A DNA stretch of 62,958 bases, filler included, from Octopus bimaculoides (GCF_001194135.2; 3 parts of 3 records of this genome joined end to end with filler, not necessarily neighbours in it), one strand, 5' to 3'; shown: positions 1 to 12,069, counted from the whole stretch's first letter. The notes: generated by a model not told the origin, from the sequence alone. Translations and numbers: made by a program.

Positions 1-59
1 GAAGAATGTGTATTTTTGTACGCTTGTTGTGCTAAAAGCGTAGTATTATATCCAGGGAA

Positions 60-143
60 ATATATGATATAAATATATGATATAAATATATGATATAAAT
101 ATATGATATAAATATATGATATAAATATACGATATAAATATAG
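60..143. repeat. 13-bp tandem repeat (ATATATGATATAA)n, about 6 copies
   Basis: Unit repeats directly; last copy has a T>C variant. Confidence 0.9.
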
Positions 144-848
144 TGCTTGTATTGCCTTATACATTCATATATGATAGCTTTATATTTGCTTCAGTTCTGT
201 CATGTGCAGATTCATTTGTCATTCTTAGTGAATTCTGAATGAAACTATTCTCGCTTTATTTCTGAAATAATTTCTATGACAAATACATACGCATGCACGC
301 GCGCGCGCCCCCGCACACTCACACGCACACACACATACACACATACACATCCCACACAACATTGATATATGTATATATAAGCATTTTGTTTAGCTTGTGT
401 TTAGGTGCAAATAATCGATGCGTTCGATATATAGAGCGTCAGATGTGTGTAGAATTTACTGGAATTGTGCTTTCGTATTCTGGATAATTTCCTTTTGCCT
501 AATAATTTATTGCGTTGAATTACCTCATAACTAAAGTTTACGGATGGTTAACTGCCGTCAAACGCCAGAAAGTGTTGGATATGAGAAAACAGCCCGGGTT
601 TTATAACACGCGCAGACACATATTTACATACATACATATACACATACGTACATACGCATTTACATTTATGTGTGCCTGTCTGTGTATGTGTGTGTGTGAG
701 AGTTCGCGCACTAGTGTGCGTTTGTAATATTATATCTATAAGCATATTTAGTACACTAAACTAAGACAACCACCATACATACTAAAACATATATAGCCAG
801 GTATTAATGTGTGTGTGCGCGCGTGTATATATATATATATATAATATA

Positions 849-1560
849 TTAGCTGAATGACCCGGCGTTGCCCGAGTTACTGATGTTCTTATTCAGATTA
901 GTAAACAATAAATATGAAGATATATTTATATTTTTTCCTCATAATTATTTCAAAATATCTATATTTTATTTTAAAATATCCAAATCGTAATGATAATAGA
1001 ATTTAGAACTGAAGATTTATCACTCTTGAAGCACCACAGGGTAAGCAATATTCATTGTGTAATTTTTTGTTGCTGTCCAAATGAATAAATTGTTGGAGCT
1101 TCCAACTCGTGAGCAAGCAACATAGAGTTGGCCGTGGGAGAAGTATGTAGTAGAGAGATCAAGTCCAACTACTTTGAGGGATTGACCCTGAGATTTGTTA
1201 ATTGAAAACTTAGTTTGACTGGAATCTGAAGCCTCTTAAATTCAAATGGAACATCTGCAGGTATGAGAGGAGTTTTTGAAATAAAGGCATTTTCTCCTTT
1301 ATGACTACTTGTTATAATTGTTGCCTGTAGGACATGGGGCTTCATGGAAGTAATATTTAACTGAATTCCATTACACAGGCAAGGTGGGTATGGATTCCTA
1401 AGCAACATAATGGGGGCACCCAACTTTAATATCAAGTTATGGGTGGCATTCCAGTCGGTTTAAGTGTGTTCAGAAATTCAACAGCCTAACCTTGATCGAC
1501 TGTTCTGTCAATTGATCAAAAAATCATTTCTGAAGAAGTTCATGATTAAGTTTATCAATT
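849..1560 (-). mobile_element. Helitron 3' remnant: PIF1-like helicase C-terminus (frameshifted) plus canonical 3' terminus
   Basis: Minus-strand peptides EFLNTLKPTGMPP/HNLILKLGAPIMLLRN...LCNG...PFEFKRLQIPVKL and, after a frameshift, INKSQGQSLKVVGLDL...FSHGQLYVACSRVG; GC hairpin at 860-877 followed by CTAA (CTRR) ending at 849 and a flanking T. Confidence 0.92.
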
Positions 1561-1699
1561 ATTTCATTCCAGTATAGTTCTTTCACATAGCCAATTTACA
1601 TCAATGTAATTGATAGATAAATTAGGAAATACTTAGTCCATAAGATCCGTAAGAGAAAGTACCATTTGACCGCATGTAATTTCATGTAACTTGGGTTGA

Positions 1700-3400
1700 A
1701 TGTTGATATCCCACTATCAATCTTAAGAAGCTCCTCTGAGAATCTACCAGCTGTATGATCACCTTGTAGAAGTACTATCGTGTTGCTTGTTTGCTTTCTC
1801 CTTCCTCGTTTTAAGAAGCCTAACTTTTCAAGACGTAGTTTGTTACATAATCTAGCGCCCCAATAATTACGGGTATAAAATCTGAACTTGCAATTCGGGT
1901 AGAGTAGCCCTAAATTCCTCAGTAGTTCAGCACAGGTATTTTTTTATTACGATGATCTTTTGTTTTAGGCTGATACCCGATGGGCAACTGATTTTCACTA
2001 CTGTACATATTTTTGCCTATCTCAAATCACTGTTTCTGATCTGTTATGTTTGCATTTTATTGAGGTTTTCCCTAGGCATTTCCCTAGTACTCATTCATAT
2101 TATGAGTGGTTATGGACTCTACCAAACAATGGGTTCTCATCTCTTTGTCCTCAGGACCATCTTTCCGGTGGATTTCATTGTACTATATCTTAGCTACAGC
2201 ATCAGGTCTCGTTGGTAGATTGGTAGATAATAACTCGATGACATTTTTGGATAACTGCTTATGATGTCGGTGATATCTTCGGTGTTAAACCCACAAAGTC
2301 TGCATCGGTTATCACATTTGAGTATTTTCTCCGTTTTTCTTGCGTCTCTCTTCCTCTTGTGCATCAGGAATTTGGTTGATATTTCCTGTTCTTGGATTGC
2401 AAACGTACGCCCTTTAAAGTTAGAGTTAGTGATCCGGTTGTTGGTCCACGATAGGCTGCTTTGATTATCTATGTTGCAATCACAGTAGATTTTTCTACTA
2501 ATATATCCATGCATGTCTTCTACTGATACGAACTCATCCTTTTATCTAATGATGCGTTACGGTAGAGACGTGAAACGCTTTCAGGCATATATCTAAGGTC
2601 ATCAGACAGGGAATGTTTTCCGAGGAGACGCTTTCCAAGGCTCATAATGTTATTTGCCTCGTATACGTAAACTTGGTTAAGGGATGCACTTCGACATTTG
2701 GCAGTTAAAGGATGTTGCCGACGGAATATGATATTACATTCAAAAGCAGTCTGGATCAGTGTTAAACCTCTCTCTCTTTGTTTTCCTTTTGGGTAGAGAC
2801 TATCTACGTCATCGTTGACATGCAAATTATTTGTACTAGTCAGTATCTTCCAGGTTTTCAAATAAATGGTTCGGATCTCGTCAAGCATGTAATCAAGTAG
2901 CGCATATATGTATGCATTCATGAATGTATGTACATATGTATATATTTATGCATACATACATATAATAAAAGCTTCACTGGGAATTTCATCAATTGAAGTT
3001 CTTTAGAAACAAATAGTATGTCCGTTCGATTTGACAATTGGTACTGAATAAAGAGGTTGTCATCATTTCTAAATAAAGTTGTCATTGTATGATGAGCGAA
3101 GTTCGTTCTCATTGGTTATTTCTAATTATATGGTGTATTTGAATAACACTGACCTAACTATACCTACTGGATGGGTGGTAGTCCAGCCACGAATATATAA
3201 CAGCAGTTCGCTTTTCCCTTATCAAAAATGTAACTATCATTTAACTGCCAGCAAAAGAGCTCTCCGTTGACTAGTTTCTAATAACTAGTTGTAAATGTTA
3301 CATGAACTTTACCGAAAATTCAAATTTTAATGGAATTTCCCCCAAAGGAACAAAGCAGACTACTCTTGTTCGGTAGGTCATTGAGATATCAATTCTATGA
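1700..3400 (-). mobile_element. Degenerate R4/Dong-type non-LTR retrotransposon (RT C-half, CCHC-like motif, restriction-like endonuclease)
   Basis: SWLDY (RT); HVNDDVDSLY..K..RERGL; FAIQEQEISTK..CRLCG..EDITDIIS; KCKHNR-E..ICTVVKISCP; FIPVIIGAL; many stops and frameshifts; clearly related to the copy at 28965-30415. Confidence 0.88.
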
Positions 3401-4239
3401 GTGATCAATCCAAATTGGCCACTCATCGCCCACTGAAATTCAAATTTATTTAAAAGCCACAACCACCACACTATTCACTATCAAGTGGTCGAACGTGCTT
3501 TGAGTGTCTATGAAACTATGAAACTAATACAATTCATAGTAAATGGTAATAAAAATATTTAAACTCCATAAGATGTGTTGATTGTACCTTTCCTTCGTTC
3601 GTATACACACGCACGCGCATATGTGTATGTGCATAAATTCTACATCAAGCTGTATAATTCTAACGTATCCCTTCTGCAATCCATTCTCATCTGAAGATTG
3701 CTTTCAGCTATAAACTGATTAATAAGATATGAGGAAGCCTGAACTAACTTATCTTACCGCAGGTATAGCAGACTTTTCAATTTATCCATAAACTTATTTT
3801 TTATACAGAGTAAATAGAATTAATTGCAAACATCCACGTGATTGTGTGCGCGCGTGCGCGCACGTGTGTGTAACTGTGAACTGATTTTAGTCTAGACTCT
3901 GTATCAAAACAGAAACAATTATAATTAAGGAGACTATCTAACGTAAACATACACGTATACACAAACTCAGAAAGCAACAGCAGCAGCTACAACGTCTACA
4001 ACATCATCAACATTGCATTATTTACCGACACCATTGTAATAATTATTACAACAATAGGCTTCCTTTTAGTAAATAAGTTCATAAATAAATATATAACTAC
4101 ACAAATAAATTAATCATCAAATGACCATATACACATATGTATATATACGTATGTATATATATTACAGACAAAAAAGTAAATTTCGAACGCTATAAAGCTC
4201 TATGAACAACAGAGAAAGATTAGGTATTTACTCATATAA

Positions 4240-4674
4240 ATCAGAAAAATGTTACCATTTCTCGTGCTTGCTGAATCTTCTCATCAGTGGTGGGGGTTGA
4301 TGGGCGTCCTGCTTCCTTTCCGTGCTTCAAGCTTGTCCGGTCACTTTTAAACTTTTTGATCCACTCATACACACTTCTACGTGGTAGTGCACTGTTCCTG
4401 CATTGTGCTAAAAGCTTCCGATGAATATCAGTGCCTGACACACCTTTCGACCAGAGAAAACGGATCACTACAATTTGTTCTTCTTCGGTGCAGATTGCTA
4501 GTGGAGTGGCCATGTTTACACTGTAAAGTCTGAAAGAAAAACGGTGCGATCAGGCTCAAACTTCGATCAAGCAACCACAATAGTACCAACTATAAGCATG
4601 CATGCGCAGAAGGCAGTGTGACAATAACGAAGATATGTTATGGCGAAAGAGCGGATAACTTTTGACTTCCCCTT

Positions 4675-4675
<1 letters not shown>
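4240..4675 (-). mobile_element. Truncated mariner (Tc1/mariner) element: left TIR and transposase N-terminal HTH
   Basis: EQIVVIRFLW..GVSGTDIHRKL..SVYEWIKKFKSDRTSL..AGRPST; minus strand begins TA|CAAGGGGAAGTCAAAAGT (TA at 4676-4677); no second TIR seen. Confidence 0.88.
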
Positions 4676-4716
<41 letters not shown>

Positions 4717-5275
4717 NNNNNNNNNNNNNNNNNNNNNNNNNNNNNNNNNNNNNNNNNNNNNNNNNNNNNNNNNNNNNNNNNNNNNNNNNNNNNNNNNNNN
4801 NNNNNNNNNNNNNNNNNNNNNNNNNNNNNNNNNNNNNNNNNNNNNNNNNNNNNNNNNNNNNNNNNNNNNNNNNNNNNNNNNNNNNNNNNNNNNNNNNNNN
4901 NNNNNNNNNNNNNNNNNNNNNNNNNNNNNNNNNNNNNNNNNNNNNNNNNNNNNNNNNNNNNNNNNNNNNNNNNNNNNNNNNNNNNNNNNNNNNNNNNNNN
5001 NNNNNNNNNNNNNNNNNNNNNNNNNNNNNNNNNNNNNNNNNNNNNNNNNNNNNNNNNNNNNNNNNNNNNNNNNNNNNNNNNNNNNNNNNNNNNNNNNNNN
5101 NNNNNNNNNNNNNNNNNNNNNNNNNNNNNNNNNNNNNNNNNNNNNNNNNNNNNNNNNNNNNNNNNNNNNNNNNNNNNNNNNNNNNNNNNNNNNNNNNNNN
5201 NNNNNNNNNNNNNNNNNNNNNNNNNNNNNNNNNNNNNNNNNNNNNNNNNNNNNNNNNNNNNNNNNNNNNNNNNNN

Positions 5276-5351
<76 letters not shown>

Positions 5352-5419
5352 CATCTATGTATGTATATATATGTATGCATATATATGTATGTATATGTGT
5401 ATATATACGTATATATTTG

Positions 5420-5620
5420 TGTTTCTGTGTGTGTCCCCCTACATCGCTAGACAATTGATGTTGGGGTGCTTACGTCCCCGTAACTTAGAGGTTCGGCAAA
5501 AAGACCGATAGAATAAGTACTAGGCTTACAAAGAATAAGTCCTGGGGTCGATTTGTTCGACTAAAGGCGGTGCTCCAGCATGGCCGCAGTCAAATCACTG
5601 AAACAAGTAAAAGAAAAGAG
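5420..5620 (+). mobile_element. SINE family A, 3' half
   Basis: CCCCGTAACTTAG.GGTTCGGCAAAA...GGGGTCGATTTGTTCGACTAAAGGCGGTGCTCCAGCATGGCCGCAGTC, shared with copies at 41748, 43964, 44548, 58505. Confidence 0.9.
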
Positions 5621-5758
5621 AATAAAAGAATATATATATATGCACACACACAGACATAAATACATGCATTTAAATATATATATATATACATGTGTGTGTG
5701 TGCGTGAGTATATGTGTGTGCGTGCGTGCTTGCGTGCGTGTGCGTGTGTGCGTGCGTG

Positions 5759-5790
<32 letters not shown>

Positions 5791-6526
5791 TGTGTGTGTG
5801 TGTACATATGTATATACACGCATATATCTATGTGTGCATGTCAGTGATTGCCAGTCCATTCATCTAAGATTAGAATCACAAGGTTCTACTACTAGAAGCG
5901 TTGGTGGCAATCTTCGTCATGGAGACGGTGATAGTGGTGGCGATAATCGCTGTATTGCTGGTCAGACGAGTCGTGATTGTGGTATTACTGCTACTGGTAG
6001 AGTTGGTGTTGCTACTGGTGGCAGGCAACGGTAGTGGTGATAGTGGATGTGGTCATAGTAATGATGATGTTGTTAGTAATGTATAGCTGTGATAATAGAT
6101 ACGTTAGTAGCAGTTATGGTTGAAGTAATATCGTAAGTGTTGGAATTGGTGCTGTTGAGGTTTTAATAATCTGTGTTTGTATTTGGTGTTAACCTTAGAT
6201 CAACCCTGATCTTGCATATCTATCAAAGTGTTCCAGATGTAACCACCTGAGACTCCATTATCCAGTGATTATTTTAACACGTGGATGTATTTTGATTCTT
6301 GTTTTTTTTACCCTGATAGAATACACTTATGATCAATGTGTCTTGTTGACACATCTCAATCCTTATAACTCATAATTTATATAGAACTACATTATCCGTT
6401 GTACGGCTTTTAAGACGGGGAGATATGATTTGAGGGTGATTTAACTGTTAGTCTTAACAAATAGAGCGACCCCATAGTAACTACTTCATGTAATGTTTAT
6501 ATTTCTCTTTGCTTTTTTCGTTGTAG

Positions 6527-6533
6527 GTGGTTA

Positions 6534-6571
<38 letters not shown>

Positions 6572-6606
6572 TTCTTGTTGTTGTTGTTGTTGCTGTTTAA
6601 CTCAAG
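6527..6606 (+). other. Candidate 80-nt exon made mostly of CTG/TTG microsatellite
   Basis: Pyrimidine tract TTTCTCTTTGCTTTTTTCGTTGTAG| and donor AAG|GTATGT; no protein identity. Confidence 0.25.
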
Positions 6607-7419
6607 GTATGTCAGTATTAAGCAAATCTATTATCGAAAGTATCTGTGCTTTAACCAATTCCTCTTTGAGGATCATCTAGGAATAAATCCAATGTGTAAA
6701 TTTCGTTTATTATTCACAGTCGGGTGGGAGTTGAGTCTAATTTGGCTGTTATTTCTAGCTGGAAGCATGACCATATAAAATCTCCTTCTCTGGCTCTTGT
6801 TCTGTTCATATTTCTGTAGGTGGCTAGGGCAATGACTTTACTGCTCTTTTTGCTTGCTGTAGATGTTACTACAAGAATATAATAGTAAATCAGAGGGAGA
6901 AAAAAATTATCGATAAGATAAGAAGAAATAAATCAATCAAACCCTCTATACAGGATGTTTGATTTCCTGATAAAATACCAAAGACTTCAAGCAATAATTT
7001 TCTGCACCGAACCGACAATTCACTGTGTGTAGGCGAACGATCAAAGTTAACGTTCGAGTTTTCAAAATACTTATATTTTTTTTCATCCTTAAATGACTGC
7101 GAGAATAATTTAAGCTGCTATCATTGGTGAAGTTGCAGAATAGTTAGAGCTTTGTTCAGCATTCTTTGTGGAATTTGTCACAGTTCTTTACGTTCTGAGT
7201 TCAGATATCCTCGATGCCAATTTTTTTCTTTTCCTCCATCCGTGGTCGATGAATCAAAGGAAAGTTTAATTCTAGGGGAGTACATATAATCAACTGGTTC
7301 CGTTTCCTAAATTTCTGACGTCCTGCGTTTCTAAAAGCAAATATTATTACTCTTGAGTCCCCATCGACTCCGCCCTAAATGAGCAGACGTGCTTTCCAAA
7401 GAACGATAGTCGAAGTAAT

Positions 7420-7540
7420 TGTTGTTTAGCCTCTTATCGGTCAGGGTTGATTACATATTTGATCAAAGACATTCTAACCATGACAATCTTTTCTCTTTGA
7501 CAAAATGTACTACAAACTACATTATCCAATGTATCTTTTC
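7420..7540 (+). mobile_element. Short dispersed repeat family D (unclassified)
   Basis: GTTTAGCC...TGATCAAAG(A/G)CATTC...CTACATTATCCAATGT; similar segments near 25110-25205 (-), 36430-36530, 46060-46110. Confidence 0.5.
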
Positions 7541-8319
7541 TTCTTTGTAATATGGCTGGATGTCATCTCTTAGAGAAATTTGGGTGCGAATTCTAGTAAA
7601 CCGGGTGATCATGTACAGGCCTTCTTGTTGATGGATAGAAGAATTTTCATAGCATTCCACGGATACTGTATCTGGATATGTTGCATTATAGTGTTTTAGG
7701 TCCATGTTATTTAATTTCTCACACTTGCTATCCGCGAAGAATAGTGTTATATTGATCGTATGCAAAAATGTCATCGTTTTTGATGATATATATNNNNNNN
7801 NNNNNNNNNNNNNNNNNNNNNNNNNNNNNNNNNNNNNNNNNNNNNNNNNNNNNNNNNNNNNNNNNNNNNNNNNNNNNNNNNNNNNNNNNNNNNNNNNNNN
7901 NNNNNNNNNNNNNNNNNNNNNNNNNNNNNNNNNNNNNNNNNNNNNNNNNNNNNNNNNNNNNNNNNNNNNNNNNNNNNNNNNNNNNNNNNNNNNNNNNNNN
8001 NNNNNNNNNNNNNNNNNNNNNNNNNNNNNNNNNNNNNNNNNNNNNNNNNNNNNNNNNNNNNNNNNNNNNNNNNTATGTATGTATGTATGTATGTATGTAT
8101 ACAGCTGAAATCGTTTAGGTGAATAAGGATATTTAATTGTTTTTGAAGATTTCTAATCCTCATTGCATTGTACAGCTGAGTAGTCACTCTAGCTGCACGA
8201 AATAGCAGTCGAATATCTCTCAGATCATACCGTACTGTCTTAAAAAGAGAGACAAAATAAAGCCTGATACACTATATCTTAAAATATTTTTTTGTTTGAT
8301 TTAGCCACAAGACCAGAAA

Positions 8320-8480
8320 TTTTCAGGGAAGAGGATTAGTCGATAGCAGCTACACCAGAACACGACTGGTATTTTTATTTTACTAACTCCGAAAGGATGA
8401 ACGGCAGAGTTGACTTCAGTAGAGTTTGAACTCAGAATCTAAAGAGTTGGAATGAATAAAACAATGCTGTATGGTTGTAA
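8320..8480 (-). mobile_element. SINE family B copy (degenerate)
   Basis: GAAAGGATGAACGGCAGAGTTGAC...TTTGAACTCAGAA matches the reverse complement of the copies at 10669 and 48557. Confidence 0.75.
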
Positions 8481-9721
8481 GTATTCTGCCAGCTTGCTAC
8501 CTTGCAGCGTCTGATACTCTATGTCTTACAATAAGAAGACTCCGTCCCACTGGGATAACTTTGATTTATAGAGTAAACCTGCAGCAAAGCAACCACAATA
8601 ATAACAGCCACATGTGCTCGTGTAAATCCGTAGAATACAGAAGACATTCGTTTTTGTTTTTTTTGGGGGGGGGGTCTTTTTGTTTTGTTTTGTTTTGTTT
8701 TTATTTTATCTATTTATTTATTTATTTATTTCGCTGTTTTAAATTCTTTTGGGAGTAGACTCCTAAAAGAAAAAAATATCCGGAATTTAAAGACGAAAAT
8801 GGAAGTCATTGACCGTCAGTAACTACTCTAAGGTTTCACTTGGCAAGATGCCATGCAAAGTCACTTTAATTTTTCAAGCTTAGTTTAACCATTACAAAGC
8901 TTTCTTGGAAGAGTTACCTGCAATAAAGACGTATCACTGATGAGTTTTTTTCCTAGATTTACCTTTCCAGAGCATAGGGCCTCGCAGTGTTTCTTCCGGT
9001 TCCTTACATTCAACATTCAAATTCTGCCAAAGTGAACTTTGGTTATCATTCATCCCGGGTCCATAAAATAAAATACCAGTTAAGTACTGGGGTCGTTAGT
9101 GTCAACTTAACGAAGATACCACTCTAGTCAATCTATTGAATTTTTGAAATGTATTTGTTGTACATTTCTGTAATAGAAAATATAACAAAAGTTTGGGTTT
9201 CTTGAATTTTCTTTATGTTTCTGTGTTTTAGAGTTGGTCGTCATTTTGTGAAAGTTTTCAAAAGCTGAGATTTCAGAAAATGTATGTCTTCTAATTGAAA
9301 GAGAGGAAATAAAAAATATATTGGTAAAAAATTGCAAAGGAAATAGAAAAATAAAGCAACGGTAAAACAAAGAATTTCTTGAAAGAAATATATATAAGTG
9401 AATCTGAAAAACAGAACAATAAAAAGAGAGACAAACAAAAAAACAAAAAAAGAACTACTTGTATGCGACAGCAAGTAGTTATACTAATACTACAAATATC
9501 AATAAGAGAAGAAGAAGGAAAAGAGAATGGAAGACGAATGGGGAGGACAGAAGGAGAAGGAGAAAAACAAATAGAACACAAAAGAAGAGGAAAAGAACAA
9601 TTCACAAGTTATATACACATAATATCAATAGATCTAACGACTGTATATATTTATATGCAAATACACATACATACATTATATATGTGTGTGTGTGTATTAT
9701 GTATGTGTATGTGTACGTGTA

Positions 9722-9765
<44 letters not shown>

Positions 9766-10320
9766 NNNNNNNNNNNNNNNNNNNNNNNNNNNNNNNNNNN
9801 NNNNNNNNNNNNNNNNNNNNNNNNNNNNNNNNNNNNNNNNNNNNNNNNNNNNNNNNNNNNNNNNNNNNNNNNNNNNNNNNNNNNNNNNNNNNNNNNNNNN
9901 NNNNNNNNNNNNNNNNNNNNNNNNNNNNNNNNNNNNNNNNNNNNNNNNNNNNNNNNNNNNNNNNNNNNNNNNNNNNNNNNNNNNNNNNNNNNNNNNNNNN
10001 NNNNNNNNNNNNNNNNNNNNNNNNNNNNNNNNNNNNNNNNNNNNNNNNNNNNNNNNNNNNNNNNNNNNNNNNNNNNNNNNNNNNNNNNNNNNNNNNNNNN
10101 NNNNNNNNNNNNNNNNNNNNNNNNNNNNNNNNNNNNNNNNNNNNNNNNNNNNNNNNNNNNNNNNNNNNNNNNNNNNNNNNNNNNNNNNNNNNNNNNNNNN
10201 NNNNNNNNNNNNATATATGCACACAGATTCTTGTAGAAGAGACACTGTACAGATTTTTGAGATTCATGGAGACGGTGTTGTCTAAAAGTATAAGAATTCC
10301 AACAAATTAAATCATTTATG

Positions 10321-10321
10321 A

Positions 10322-10380
<59 letters not shown>
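10321..10380. repeat. (AGT)n microsatellite
   Basis: About 19 uninterrupted units; one example of dozens of (TA)n, (CA)n, (TACA)n, (AAT)n, (GA)n, (TTC)n tracts in the window. Confidence 0.95.
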
Positions 10381-10668
10381 ATGGTGGGGTGTGTGAGGAA
10401 GCAGCGGCGCCGGCGGTGGCATGCTTTTTATAAACATTTCTCAGTTAAACCATTTCTCTATGATGTTCCTTGTCTGCCCCTTGGTGCCGGTTCTTCTCTT
10501 GAAACTTTGCCATATTTGGGATATTACCAATACAATCATCTTCATTCTGATTCATTAGATTTCGATGTAAGCCTCCACACTTTTTGAAATGTTCTCTCAT
10601 CATTTACTTTTGAACCTATTAGAACATATTTTCCCATTTCAGGAAATATGGTGGACATTAAAATAATA

Positions 10669-10880
10669 AGGCGAAGAGCTGGCAGAATTGTTAGGGTATC
10701 GAAAAATCGTTTTGTTGTAATTGTTCCACCTCTCTACGTTCTGAGTTCAAATTCCGCCGAGGTCGACTTTGCCTTTCGTCCCTTCTGGTTCGATAAGTTA
10801 AGTACCTGTCAAGTACTGGGGTCGATTTGATGGACTTATCCACTTCCTACAAGTTTTAGGTCTTGTCCCTTTAATAGAAA
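10669..10880 (+). mobile_element. SINE family B (tRNA-like head)
   Basis: GGCGAAGAGCTGGCAGAATTGTTAG (A-box-like); GAGTTCAAATTCC (B-box-like); GAGGTCGACTTTGCCTTTC; AAGTACC..CTGGGGTCGAT. Confidence 0.88.
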
Positions 10881-10924
10881 GGAATATCATTATTATTGTT
10901 GTTGTTGCTGCTGTTGTTATGAGG

Positions 10925-11130
10925 GCAAGGAGCTGACAATATCGCTAGCATGTCGGGCGAACTGCTTAGCAGAATGTCGTCTGTCTTTACGTTTTGAACT
11001 GAAATTTCGCCGAGGTCGACCTGGCCATTTATATCGTTATGATCGATGAAATAAGTGCTAATTGAGCACTGAATCGATGTAATCGACTAATCCCTTCCTT
11101 AAAATCCCAGGCCTGTGCCTTTTTGCAAAG
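10925..11130 (+). mobile_element. SINE family B, older tandem copy
   Basis: GAGCTGACAATATCGCTAGCATG..GCTTAGC..GCCGAGGTCGACC. Confidence 0.75.
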
Positions 11131-11149
11131 GATTATTATCATAATTATT

Positions 11150-11880
11150 GAGTGAGAGAGCAGCGCATGCCTTCAAAGTGACACTAGTGTACAAATATAC
11201 GAAGCCCAGTATACCCATCATAACCATCCGTTTGATTAGGGTGATCAGGGAATAAGAATATTGAACTAGTCTAACTTCCTTAAAATATAAGTTTTATAAA
11301 ATAATATGCCAAATTTTTTTCTTATAAGATAAGTTACCATAGGGATAACAGTGTAATTTGTTTCAGAATTCATATTTAAAAAAGAGATTGCGACTTCGAC
11401 GTTGGATTAAAATGAATTGCTTTACACCAAGCACATGCATCACAGCCAATTGTGCGCAATATAGTGACCTCATATCACGATGAACTGCAGATGACCTTGC
11501 TGTGGTGAGGCCCAATTGTAATTTTCTTCAGGTCGTATAGCCCATCCTGCTCCAAAGACCCTGAGTAAGGGTTGTTTAAGAATGGTGAACGAAACACCAA
11601 TGTTTCTATGGGTGAATTATTCAAACCCTAAAGAATTTCTCTCGGCACATGGCTATGATGCTCCCCTACTACTTCTGTTCGTCATGAGAGATGCAGTTAT
11701 CGTTAGCAACCAGGGGACATGCTCAACTGGTTAGGATCAAGCAAATGACAAGCAAATCTGTGGTATTGAGCAGAATATTTGCTGTAGACTATCTTATACA
11801 CCAAGACATGTGCATGTTACACTTCCAATCAGTTAAAATCAGAAGCTATGAGAGTCACTGCTTGGTACTGCATCAGGGTA
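11150..11880 (-). mobile_element. ~0.55-kb non-coding dispersed element (family C) flanked by AAT-type repeats, here carrying a NUMT
   Basis: Both ends colinear with the paralog at 32438-32786; no ORF; orientation inferred from the (AAT)n run following ...GCTGCTCTCTCACTC on the minus strand. Confidence 0.8.
11243..11423 (+). pseudogene. rrnL: Nuclear copy (NUMT) of a mitochondrial large-subunit (16S) rRNA fragment
   Basis: Conserved 16S motifs AAGTTACCATAGGGATAACAG(T)GTAAT (11331-11357) and TTGCGAC(T)TCGA(C)GTTGGATTAA (11388-11410) with mitochondrial-type spacing; segment is absent from the paralogous repeat at 32438. Confidence 0.93.
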
Positions 11881-12069
11881 TATTTTTATTATGATTATTA
11901 TTTTTCTTCTTTCAATTTTGTTTCCATTTCTTACCGAGTGTCTTCCCGACACCTAGGGCAAAGACACTTACTGTATACATTGATAGGCCATTAAAATAAA
12001 CACACCAGAGTGTTTATTTACAAAATTAAATAAAGTTATGTAAAAAAAAAAAACATTACATAGGTGGTA

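Noticed and set aside
4556-5511. Long ORFs of 200-430 aa here and at 9379-10310, 19934-20581, 39463-40119, 42757-44145, 52980-54209, 56160-56900
   Set aside because: They run through N gaps and (TA)n/(TACA)n repeats and are artefacts of translating Ns
11340-11357. TAGGGATAACAGTGTAAT is one mismatch from the I-SceI site
   Set aside because: I-SceI recognises a conserved mitochondrial LSU rRNA segment, so the match is explained by the 16S NUMT, not by a vector or homing system
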